Virus record (IMG/VR): IMGVR_UViG_3300002460_000002
Coordinates: 1-64,000 of that record
Source: an uncultured virus (IMG/VR IMGVR_UViG_3300002460_000002)
Lineage: Duplodnaviria; Heunggongvirae; Uroviricota; Caudoviricetes
Length of the DNA stretch: 64,000 bases
Direction: 5' to 3' (one strand)
Part shown: positions 54,558 to 62,281 of the stretch, piece after piece
Position numbering within the stretch: position 1 is the first letter of the stretch
Layout of the letters: each line of letters starts with the position of its first letter
Translations under genes and position numbers: made by a program
Notes under the pieces: generated by a model
Told to the model about the DNA's origin: nothing
The model's input: the letters and a program-made list of their open reading frames with translations, nothing else
Database searches by the model: none

Positions 54558-54751
54558 TGAAAAAACGCCGTCGCCGTCGAATCCACCTGGGTGAAGTCTC
54601 CAAAAAGGACTTCATCTCGATCGCCGACGTTCTCTGCCGGAACAGCGCTTCGTCGGCCGTCGTCAGCGGGCTTGCACACTACTTCGGCAGCCAGAATCCG
54701 CGCTTCGACCAGAATCGTTTCGTCGCTGCCACATCGAAGTGCCGAGCGTAA
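54557..54751 (+). CDS. Small phage protein (NPRFD motif) with N-terminal Arg tag
   Basis: MKKRRRRRIHLG followed by EVSKKDFISIADVL...NPRFDQNRF. Confidence 0.7.
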   Translation: MKKRRRRRIHLGEVSKKDFISIADVLCRNSASSAVVSGLAHYFGSQNPRFDQNRFVAATSKCRA

Positions 54752-54754
54752 TCC

Positions 54755-55192
54755 ATGTCCGCCAACCTTTTTAGAAATCAGCCTCTGACGGTCAGCTTCG
54801 TCGCGTCGAAGCCGTTTTCGATCGTCGGCAACAAGATCGTCCTCGATTGGACGTTGGTTGTGGCGACCGGTACCACTCAGGTCAGGTGGTACTTCGAGTT
54901 CTGTGGTCCGCGCCAGGACGCCGACGATCCGAATGATGCCGCGACGACGTGGTTCCGTGAGGTTGACGAAGTTGATGCCGGCAACGGTGTAGTGAGCATG
55001 GCCCAGGTCATTCGGTCGTTGCATGTCAACGGCGGAACCACGGGCTTGACCGTCGGGACGCACAACATCCACATGGAGTTCGAGCGGATCGCAGCCTTCG
55101 GTCGGATCCAGCTCGAGTTGATCACCGGTGCCGGTACTGTCATCGCGACGGTAGATGAAGAGCTTGGAAGCACGCCGCAGTCGTCCTCGTAG
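54755..55192 (+). CDS. Beta-rich hypothetical (possible virion) protein
   Basis: Alternating beta pattern. Confidence 0.55.
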   Translation: MSANLFRNQPLTVSFVASKPFSIVGNKIVLDWTLVVATGTTQVRWYFEFCGPRQDADDPNDAATTWFREVDEVDAGNGVVSMAQVIRSLHVNGGTTGLTVGTHNIHMEFERIAAFGRIQLELITGAGTVIATVDEELGSTPQSSS

Positions 55193-55229
55193 TTGACCGG
55201 GACGGCCTCGGGGGCGTATCGTAGCCCTC

Positions 55230-55700
55230 ATGGAAGTCTTCTCGATCTCCGGCTGGGGTGGCGGTCTTGGTGCCGCGTCCTGCCCGGCCGGCTGGGTCGT
55301 GACCCCGAACGGGAATTGTGGAGGCTCTGCAGCCGCCGGCTACAAGCACCCGCAGGCGACGGCACTGCAACAGGCGCTCAACACGAAAGGCGCCGGTCTC
55401 GTCGTCGACGGTGTGATCGGACCGCTGACAGCCACCGCAGTCAACCGCGCGCTGGGTGTGAATTTGGCGTTGTCGGATGTCGCCGCCCAGGCCGCGCTTC
55501 TCACCAACCGGGTGTTGACCACAGGCGCGACTTCGATCGCACCCGTGATCAAACCTTCGGTGGCGATCGGCCCGGCGGTAATCACACCGCTGCCGGTCCA
55601 GGTCATGCCCGGGGAGTTGCCGCGCGGCGGGGGCTGGGCCCTGGTCGCGTTGAACGCGATGGTAGCCGGTGTCGGAGCGTACTTCATCACCACGAGGTAA
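55230..55700 (+). CDS. Peptidoglycan-binding-like domain protein with C-terminal TM
   Basis: ALQQALN...VDGVIGPLT; promoter TTGACC-18-TATCGT-7-ATG. Confidence 0.7.
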   Translation: MEVFSISGWGGGLGAASCPAGWVVTPNGNCGGSAAAGYKHPQATALQQALNTKGAGLVVDGVIGPLTATAVNRALGVNLALSDVAAQAALLTNRVLTTGATSIAPVIKPSVAIGPAVITPLPVQVMPGELPRGGGWALVALNAMVAGVGAYFITTR

Positions 55701-55703
55701 AAC

Positions 55704-56138
55704 ATGGCGAAGCGTCGTCGGACAAATTTCGGCTCATCAAGTGTTGGTAGTTGGCTGTTGTGGATTGGCGGCGGTATCGCAGCGGTTGTTGTTGTTGGAT
55801 TGGCGATGGTGGCCAGAGCCAAAGCCAGTACGCGATCTGCCGCGATTGCGCCGACAGTTCCATCGCAGAGCCCGTATCTCCGGAAAGACGTCGGGTTCAA
55901 CCAAGTCTGGCAACTGCCGCCGATCCCGGGACAAGCGATGACCACGGCGTGTTTCTCGACGCCCGATGGCATCACATCGTCGTGTGTGGTGCATCAAGCG
56001 GGACAGGGAATCGCCGCGGCGAACGTCCCGCCCGGGATGGGCCCGAACACGCGGCACACGAACGAGGTTCTTGTAGTCCAGGCCGCGGCGCTCGGGTTCA
56101 AGCCCGATCCGTTGCAGCCGGGATGGATTCGCGCGTGA
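55704..56138 (+). CDS. Membrane protein with N-terminal basic tag
   Basis: MAKRRRTNFG followed by a TM helix. Confidence 0.65.
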   Translation: MAKRRRTNFGSSSVGSWLLWIGGGIAAVVVVGLAMVARAKASTRSAAIAPTVPSQSPYLRKDVGFNQVWQLPPIPGQAMTTACFSTPDGITSSCVVHQAGQGIAAANVPPGMGPNTRHTNEVLVVQAAALGFKPDPLQPGWIRA

Positions 56139-56434
56139 AGCGTCAGCGAAAAACATCGCTCGGGCACTCACCGAAAGAGCACGCGCGCAGGGCGAAGCTC
56201 ACAGGCCGTCGCGTGATCGAGTACGCGACCCAGGCCACGTACTACGCCAAGCAGCAGAATTGCTCGACGGCGTTCAAGAAGTACGAGACCGCCCTCGAAA
56301 TGACCGGCGCCATGACGGCCAACATGCTCGCCGTGGGTAGGGGCTTGTCGTTCAATCGCTCGCGCGCGGCGGTCAAGTTGGCCGAAGCGCGCCGCGCGCT
56401 CGGGGACAAGTGCATTTACTTGGGAGGCCGATGA
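56135..56434 (+). CDS. Small basic helical protein
   Basis: GTG start MKRQRKTSLG; ends KCIYLGGR. Confidence 0.6.
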   Translation: MKRQRKTSLGHSPKEHARRAKLTGRRVIEYATQATYYAKQQNCSTAFKKYETALEMTGAMTANMLAVGRGLSFNRSRAAVKLAEARRALGDKCIYLGGR

Positions 56435-56736
56435 TGGCTCTCGGCTCTGGTCGCATCTATCACGCCAAGGGTGCGCGTGCGGTGTACAAACTCGCGATGA
56501 AGGGCTTCGACGACACGATTGCAGAAGCCACGTCGGGGGCTTGCATGAAGGCTCATGATGCGTTGGCGGTCGCGAACCAGGATTTCGGGTCGTTCTTCAC
56601 CGAGTTCAAGCATGCCGTGGGATCGGCGACTCGTCACAGTTTTAGCCCCATGGGCGCACCCCGTATGCGTGCGGCGCTTTCCAGCAAACGCTCACAGGCG
56701 CAGAATGTGTTCGCGAAGAAATGCGTGGTGCGGTGA
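56431..56736 (+). CDS. Small helical protein, probable paralog of 56135..56434
   Basis: MMALG...H...C..A...KKC. Confidence 0.6.
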   Translation: MMALGSGRIYHAKGARAVYKLAMKGFDDTIAEATSGACMKAHDALAVANQDFGSFFTEFKHAVGSATRHSFSPMGAPRMRAALSSKRSQAQNVFAKKCVVR

Positions 56737-56948
56737 TGCCCAAGCGCAAGTCTCGTCGTGATCCTGCCGTGGCCTGCCGCTGGGTAGTCGAAGCCGATTA
56801 CAGCACCGGCGTGAATCTCGGTACGCGTCGAGGCTGGCAGAGAATTTATTGCGCACGTTCCAAAAAGAAGGCTCAGGGCGACGCGCGCAAGTGGCATGGC
56901 GACACCAAGATGGTTACACGAGTGTCGCGCAATCCGGAGGGGCGTTGA
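56736..56948 (+). CDS. Small basic protein
   Basis: TGATG-coupled; starts MPKRKSRR. Confidence 0.6.
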   Translation: MPKRKSRRDPAVACRWVVEADYSTGVNLGTRRGWQRIYCARSKKKAQGDARKWHGDTKMVTRVSRNPEGR

Positions 56949-57325
56949 TGTCATCTTTCCGCACACCGAAAGGTTGTGTCGTGAAATGGGTCGAGCTTCA
57001 CGCCAAGGGGGAGCACGTGGACTTGAGCATGGACTGCGGCGGTGGTGGTCGTGGATCTTTTCCGTCACCGGATGGGGGCACGAGCAACTATCCGAAGGCG
57101 CGCGTGAAAGGTGTCCGGCGTGTTCATGTTCCAGGTACGAGCGTCAGCATCGGCGGCAACTTCATGGGAAATTGGGGTCATCTTCCCGACGTCGGTGTCG
57201 TGCGTCTCGATTTCGTGTTGAGCCCGCGGCATGTGACATGTCGGAAGAAAGAGAAGGATACCGAGTTGTCGTGTGTGATTCATGACGGCAAGACGGTGTT
57301 GTCCGGCGGCCGGAGGAAGCGCTGA
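56948..57325 (+). CDS. Small basic protein with C-terminal Arg tag
   Basis: Ends VLSGGRRKR. Confidence 0.65.
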   Translation: MSSFRTPKGCVVKWVELHAKGEHVDLSMDCGGGGRGSFPSPDGGTSNYPKARVKGVRRVHVPGTSVSIGGNFMGNWGHLPDVGVVRLDFVLSPRHVTCRKKEKDTELSCVIHDGKTVLSGGRRKR

Positions 57326-57600
57326 TGGCCAAGGATCTTCGTTGGGGGCATTTAGTACAGCCTCGCGAGCTTGTTTGTATCCGCAAAGGAACTTCGGTCA
57401 TCCGTAAAGTTCGCGGAAGATGGGTCAAAACCAAGCCCGTGGTTCTGGAAAAAACTGTGTGCGGTCGTGCGCACGGCGAAGCAGTAAGCTATTCGTGGGG
57501 CGGTCAGGGAATGGGCGTGGTTACAGTGAAGCGCCAGCAGTACGCTGTGCGGCCTAAAGATCTTTTCGTAGCTGGTCGAATTCCTGGAAGGCGTCGGTGA
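57325..57600 (+). CDS. Small basic protein, paralog of 58095..58349
   Basis: CIR.G...GRW...VCG...WGG...YAVRP; ends IPGRRR. Confidence 0.65.
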   Translation: MAKDLRWGHLVQPRELVCIRKGTSVIRKVRGRWVKTKPVVLEKTVCGRAHGEAVSYSWGGQGMGVVTVKRQQYAVRPKDLFVAGRIPGRRR

Positions 57601-57794
57601 TGGCCTACCTCGTTTTCAAGAACGGCAAGAAGATCTCCTCCGGTGTTTCAGGCCGGGCGGCTCCGTACGTCTGGACGAAGCGTGAGGTCGATCGCCTGCG
57701 GCGTGGTTCGGGCTGCTTCAAAGTCGCGAACACGCGCACGCAGCGGGTTTTTCACGTCGGCGCCTCGTGCAAGCGCCGTCGGAGGTCGCGTTAG
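57597..57794 (+). CDS. Small basic protein with C-terminal Arg tag
   Basis: Ends VGASCKRRRRSR. Confidence 0.6.
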   Translation: MMAYLVFKNGKKISSGVSGRAAPYVWTKREVDRLRRGSGCFKVANTRTQRVFHVGASCKRRRRSR

Positions 57795-57795
57795 C

Positions 57796-58095
57796 ATGAC
57801 CATCCGTCTCATCGCCAAAGGCCCGTTGAAGTCTGTCAAGCGCGCGGCCAGCCGTTATGGCGTTGCAGCGCGCTGCCGAAACTACGGCGGCCAGATCAAT
57901 CCACCGTACCTGGGACAGCGCAACGAGGTTTCTTGTGAAGCACCCTGCACGGCCGCGATCAAGGTGAACCACTGGTACGCGGAGCGTGCTACCACCAAAA
58001 GAGGCCGTGGGAACACACCCGGCACGTTGCTTTATTTTGATGTGCGGCAGTGTGCGACTTTGGGTGGCGCTAGTCGTCGTCGGAGGAAACGCTAA
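57796..58095 (+). CDS. Small basic protein with C-terminal Arg tag
   Basis: Ends TLGGASRRRRKR. Confidence 0.65.
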   Translation: MTIRLIAKGPLKSVKRAASRYGVAARCRNYGGQINPPYLGQRNEVSCEAPCTAAIKVNHWYAERATTKRGRGNTPGTLLYFDVRQCATLGGASRRRRKR

Positions 58096-58349
58096 TGCCT
58101 GTTCAGTTCTTCTGCATCCGGCCGGGCCCGGCGTTCGAGAGATCGCACGGCCGATGGAAGCACGTGACGCTGCCAAAAGCAGTCTGCGGTCAAGCACGCT
58201 CAGGTTTCATCCGTGGTGGCTGGGGAGGAATGTCCGTGGCCGTGATCAAGGTGCGAGGGAAAGAGTACGCGGTACGGCCGGGAAAATCACTCTTCGCTCC
58301 GAAGCGCGGTTTGTCAGGCGCCGGTCGACGTCGTCGGAGGGCACGCTGA
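58095..58349 (+). CDS. Small basic protein with C-terminal Arg tag
   Basis: Ends GLSGAGRRRRRAR. Confidence 0.65.
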   Translation: MPVQFFCIRPGPAFERSHGRWKHVTLPKAVCGQARSGFIRGGWGGMSVAVIKVRGKEYAVRPGKSLFAPKRGLSGAGRRRRRAR

Positions 58350-58627
58350 TGGCCAAAACCAAAAAAGATCCGCCCGACTGCCGTATCTCCTCCGGTTTTC
58401 CGGATCAGAGACTCATTTTCAAATCTCGATCTGGCAATCACGCTTTGTGGGCGTACCGGCGTTCTGATACTGGAAAGGAGAGTGTAGTGGCCCTCAACTG
58501 CCTATCCGGCTTCACAGATTATCCGATTAGATATGATGACGGGGGCGTAGGCTGGGATCGTCCAGAGGCGTTTCCTGCGTCTTTTCGTAAGAGCGTCCAG
58601 AGGTTGTTCGGCCGGAGGCGACGCTAA
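58349..58627 (+). CDS. Small basic protein with C-terminal Arg tag
   Basis: Ends LFGRRRR. Confidence 0.65.
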   Translation: MAKTKKDPPDCRISSGFPDQRLIFKSRSGNHALWAYRRSDTGKESVVALNCLSGFTDYPIRYDDGGVGWDRPEAFPASFRKSVQRLFGRRRR

Positions 58628-58815
58628 TGGCCAAACCCACTTGCAAAGTAGTCTTCGGCCACGACAGGGTTGGTCCGTTCGCGATGAGCGTCAGGGTGTG
58701 GCCATCGGGTGTCATTCAACGCGAGACCAGCAACGCGATCAACTTCCCGCGCGGGACTCGTCTGACGGTGCGGAAGCGCCAGGCCGCGCGTCGGGCGTTG
58801 TGTGGAGGTCGGTGA
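58627..58815 (+). CDS. Small basic protein
   Basis: TAATG-coupled; ends LCGGR. Confidence 0.6.
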   Translation: MAKPTCKVVFGHDRVGPFAMSVRVWPSGVIQRETSNAINFPRGTRLTVRKRQAARRALCGGR

Positions 58816-59009
58816 TGAAGGGCAACCTGTCGCGTGCAGAAGTCCGAAAGCTTTCGCGCGCGTTGAAGTCACAAGGCTTGAAGTTGCCGCGTGCCGGTTG
58901 GTGCACACGATTGAATGCGCCGGTTGGTGATGTGCACGGACGCCTTCGTCCGGAAGTTTGCCGCGACAGGCACGGGTACTACTACGTCGGCGACAAGGGG
59001 TACGCGTGA
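58815..59009 (+). CDS. Small basic protein
   Basis: TGATG-coupled; starts MKGNLSRAEVRK. Confidence 0.55.
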   Translation: MKGNLSRAEVRKLSRALKSQGLKLPRAGWCTRLNAPVGDVHGRLRPEVCRDRHGYYYVGDKGYA

Positions 59010-59211
59010 TGAAAAAATTCTGCGCGCCGTCGGAGGTGTCGTAGATGAAGCGCATCGGCACCAACCTCCTCGCCGGTCTCGGCCTCTTCGCCGCCGGTGC
59101 GCTCGTGCACCTAGGCTGGGCCCTGGGTGGGTACCTCATCAAGCGGTTGTTCTGATGTCACAAGAAGACCCACCGCGGCTGTCAGCACCTCTCCCCGAGC
59201 GCCGGCAGGGC

Positions 59212-59379
59212 ATGAACCGCGGCATGCACGTCGCGCTTTTTCTGGCGGGTGGTGCCTTCCAGGCGATCTCGGCGTTCGAGGCGCCTTGGGTCGCAGATTA
59301 CCGGGCGGGGCTTCTCGTGTTCGCGGGCGTGCTGCTCTCGGCTGCCAACGTCCGCGGCGCTCTCGGCCGTCGTTCTTGA
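59212..59379 (+). CDS. Small two-TM protein (holin-like size)
   Basis: MNRGMHVALFLAGGAFQ...LLVFAGVLLSAANV. Confidence 0.45.
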   Translation: MNRGMHVALFLAGGAFQAISAFEAPWVADYRAGLLVFAGVLLSAANVRGALGRRS

Positions 59380-59412
59380 CACGCCGCACCGCGCGCAAGT
59401 ATCATCTATGAG

Positions 59413-59955
59413 ATGGATTCGTGGCCAAAACTCCGACCGCTTCTCGTCGTGACGGGGGCGCTTTCGTTTCGGCAGGTCGGTGAGGCCCAGAAGAGTGACC
59501 GCAACACAGCCACGGTCATCGTGGCCAAGTTCCGACGCCGACTCGCGCGGATCGCCTTGTTCGAGACCCCGTTCGGCACCATCGTGCTCGCGGCCCGGCT
59601 CAAGGAAGCGCGCAAACTGTTCCGGGACACGACCCACGAGGTCACCGGTTACAATACCGGCCGCACCTGCCAGCTCGACAATTTCCTCTTGTGGGAGCGC
59701 CTGGAAGGCAACCGCCGCGTCGCCGTCGAGGGTTGGGTGCTCGCGAACAGAGATGTCGATCGTGTTGAAGAGGCGCTTGAGCCTACCGACAACGGCGCTA
59801 GTCTAGCGGCCGAGCCGACAACGATTGAACTGCCGCATGCACCCGCTGGCCTTGTTCCGGCCGCCCCGCCCCTTCATGCACTTGGAGAGGGAGGTCTTGC
59901 AGTGGCCGGGGGCCCTGGAAGCACCGAGAGCAGCACCGGAGAGACGACGCTTTGA
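59413..59955 (+). CDS. Hypothetical protein
   Basis: Promoter TTGACA(59376)-18-TATCAT-7-ATG. Confidence 0.6.
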   Translation: MDSWPKLRPLLVVTGALSFRQVGEAQKSDRNTATVIVAKFRRRLARIALFETPFGTIVLAARLKEARKLFRDTTHEVTGYNTGRTCQLDNFLLWERLEGNRRVAVEGWVLANRDVDRVEEALEPTDNGASLAAEPTTIELPHAPAGLVPAAPPLHALGEGGLAVAGGPGSTESSTGETTL

Positions 59956-59979
59956 CATGGTCCGAGAGTAGCCCGGTCG

Positions 59980-60276
59980 TCAAGAAATTACCAGTACCTG
60001 CTCAAACATCTTGGTGATCTCGGCGTCGTTGACCGCACCTTCGAGTCGGATCATGCGCCCGCGGGAGGTGATGCCGATCGTGGTCGGTGTTGCGCGAACC
60101 CTGTATTGATTGGCGTAACGTCGGGCGTTCGCGTCTCGGGCAACATCACCCAGGTGCACGGGGATCTTCCGGCCAGCGAGCCGTGAAGCGATCGGGCCGA
60201 AGCGCTTCTTGTACTCCTTGCAGAAGTGACAATTTTCAGCGACGAAGACCAGGACGCGGGGGCCGTTCATACTCAT
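59980..60276 (-). CDS. Thioredoxin-like protein
   Basis: AENCHFCK, YRVRATPT. Confidence 0.8.
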   Translation of the reverse strand: MSMNGPRVLVFVAENCHFCKEYKKRFGPIASRLAGRKIPVHLGDVARDANARRYANQYRVRATPTTIGITSRGRMIRLEGAVNDAEITKMFEQVLVIS

Positions 60277-60301
60277 AGTTTACCGCAACTGAAGTGAAAA
60301 G

Positions 60302-60497
60302 TACCCCTGACGGGATTTGAACCCGCATCACACGCGCAAGAAAACTTCTTTGGAAACGCGCTTCCCTTCCAAACTCTCTCGAACCTGGTTCGGTGCATCC
60401 GCAACCACTGTTTTCTCCGACTCGTCAGTCGTCACGTGGGCCAGTTACGGCGCCGGTTCCGTTTTTCCGGTGGATATCCTCTTTTTCCTACAGGGGT
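60302..60497 (-). ncRNA. 196-nt tRNA-shaped structured RNA with a large branched insertion
   Basis: Acceptor ACCCCTG/CAGGGGT plus discriminator A; T8-A9; D arm GGA...TCC with GG in the loop; T arm GCGGG-TTCAAAT-CCCGT; about 120 nt of extra helices; own promoter. Confidence 0.7.
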
Positions 60498-60507
60498 ATG
60501 AATGACA

Positions 60508-60533
60508 TTGTCACGACAAACTATTCGTGACAA
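60508..60533. promoter_or_regulatory. Palindrome forming two symmetric divergent promoters
   Basis: TTGTCACGA-CAAACTAT-TCGTGACAA; plus TTGTCA-17-CAAGCT-7-ATG(60544); minus TTGTCA-17-CAATGT-7-RNA start. Confidence 0.7.
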
Positions 60534-60543
60534 GCTCTTTCTC

Positions 60544-60723
60544 ATGCCCGCGAAACTCGCTCCTCATGAAGAGACTGTTGTGGTTCAGTTCAAGATCCCG
60601 GCGACGTTGAAGCGTAAGGCGGCGAAGCTGGCGAAGGAATCGGGCGACGGGGACGTGTCGCACTGGATCCGTCGGCAGATTCACAACGCGTGGAAGGCTG
60701 CGGAAGCGCAAGAAGAGCGTTAA
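60544..60723 (+). CDS. Ribbon-helix-helix (CopG-like) regulator
   Basis: VVVQFKIPATLKRKAAKLA...DVSHWIRRQI. Confidence 0.65.
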   Translation: MPAKLAPHEETVVVQFKIPATLKRKAAKLAKESGDGDVSHWIRRQIHNAWKAAEAQEER

Positions 60724-60980
60724 CGCCCGGTCCCGCACTTGTCGACGGTATCGCAGTCCAGCGCCGTCGACATGCATTGTAGATCGAGAGTGATCATGCC
60801 GCTGCTACGGGCGTTCATACAGACGTCTTCGCAGCTAACCCCGTGTGGAGTTGGTTTTCCGGCTTCGCAGCCGAGAGCGCGCATGCGATCACAAGCCATC
60901 GCGCAGGTTGGACCCGGCGCGGTTTCCGGTCCGGTCTTGCACGTCGAAAGCAGAACGGCGATCAAGATGAACGACTTCAC
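60720..60980 (-). CDS. Cys-rich secreted/lipoprotein-like protein
   Basis: Signal-like N-terminus; CAMAC..LGC..CEDVC..C..C..C. Confidence 0.65.
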   Translation of the reverse strand: MKSFILIAVLLSTCKTGPETAPGPTCAMACDRMRALGCEAGKPTPHGVSCEDVCMNARSSGMITLDLQCMSTALDCDTVDKCGTGR

Positions 60981-61726
60981 GCGCTGTACCTCGCGGCTTT
61001 TTCGACGATCCAGAGGTCACCGGTTTCTGACCACTTGATGTAGTCGGCCGAGAAGAGAATGAAGCCGGCGTTTCCGAAATTTTCGCCCCATGAGTTGACG
61101 ATGCGAATCGCGTCTCCTGCGTGGTCTACGGCTGTCAGCAGGTGTCCACCTCCCCAGGCTTCACCAACCGGAGGATCGAGCGGAATGCCGAACGGAGCTG
61201 TGCCAAATGTTCTAGCGATCTGTGTGCCGAACACAACAAGATGACGTGTAGCCAGCGCGCGCTTCACGGCATCTACCCGGGCCGAGCCGGTCTCGAAAAT
61301 GCGTCTGTAGCTCGTGGGGGCTTTCTGATCGTAGGCGGCTCTGAGTGCTCGCGCGCTTGGATCTGCATTTAGAGGTTCGTCGTATGGCCAGATCTCTTCA
61401 GGGCAGAATCCGATCTTGTTCAGCGCATCGAAGCAGGATCGGATGTACGTGCCCTCGTCCGCGTCACCCTGATGATTTGCGTTTCGGGCGAGCCTGTAGA
61501 GCATCCGACGAGACAGAAGAGGCGGATTCAACGCCCCCTGCAAGACGTGGTTGGCCCTGATAGCTTGGGCGATTCCGTTCGCGGTGCAGTCTTGATTGGT
61601 CTGGGCAAGAATGGAAAGGATCAAGTCGCCGTTGCTGGACGACGCCGGCACCGGTCCTGCACCAAACAGCTCCGAGGCTGAATGGTCCCGCGGGTCGTGC
61701 GGGTCTTTGAGCCAGCCTAACCTCAT
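60977..61726 (-). CDS. Papain-like (C1A) cysteine protease
   Basis: Q.NQDCTA (Gln/Cys), GGHLL (His), IVNSWG (Asn). Confidence 0.85.
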   Translation of the reverse strand: MRLGWLKDPHDPRDHSASELFGAGPVPASSSNGDLILSILAQTNQDCTANGIAQAIRANHVLQGALNPPLLSRRMLYRLARNANHQGDADEGTYIRSCFDALNKIGFCPEEIWPYDEPLNADPSARALRAAYDQKAPTSYRRIFETGSARVDAVKRALATRHLVVFGTQIARTFGTAPFGIPLDPPVGEAWGGGHLLTAVDHAGDAIRIVNSWGENFGNAGFILFSADYIKWSETGDLWIVEKAARYSA

Positions 61727-62259
61727 GCGGGTACTTTACCACGGCGCTTGCGAGGCACACTACCTGGCGCAGCTTCACCAAAATCAACGAGACCGTGCAG
61801 ACTCTTGCAGGATTCTCCCCCTACGATGACGTGATCAAGAACCGGGATCCCGATGAGACGGCCTGCGTCGATCAAGCGCTTCGTCAAGGTGATGTCGCTA
61901 GAAGACGGTTCGGGATTTCCCGAGGGGTGATTATGCGACACTATTACACTCGAAGCGTTGGAGAGAATCGCGCCTTTGAATAACTCCCGCGGGTTGACTT
62001 CGACCGATCCAACGGCACCTTTGGAGACCTCCTCGAATCCTACGACGCGATGACTAACGTCCAGGTGAAGGGCGTAGAAACTCTCGCGGTCGGCCGCGCC
62101 GATCTTCTTTTCGCGGAAGAAAGCACAAGCGTCGTCTCCGTTTTTCACTGTTTGTGAGAGGGGGGCCTGCTTGGTCATGCAGAGCCGAACTGTCGAGTTG
62201 GGCCCGACCGGGCCGCAGCTTGTCTCTGTTCCCGGGTCCGTCTTCTTGCGAGGCGCCAC
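61723..62259 (-). CDS. radC: RadC-like JAB domain protein
   Basis: RESF..L, VNPRELF, SHNHPSGNPEPSSSD, VLDHVIVG. Confidence 0.9.
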   Translation of the reverse strand: MAPRKKTDPGTETSCGPVGPNSTVRLCMTKQAPLSQTVKNGDDACAFFREKKIGAADRESFYALHLDVSHRVVGFEEVSKGAVGSVEVNPRELFKGAILSNASSVIVSHNHPSGNPEPSSSDITLTKRLIDAGRLIGIPVLDHVIVGGESCKSLHGLVDFGEAAPGSVPRKRRGKVPA

Positions 62260-62281
62260 GGTGTCAGGATACCATGACCCA

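Noticed and set aside
60302..60497. tmRNA or ordinary tRNA
   Set aside because: Lacks the G3:U70 Ala determinant and an evident tag ORF, is too short for tmRNA, and has no 7-nt anticodon loop.
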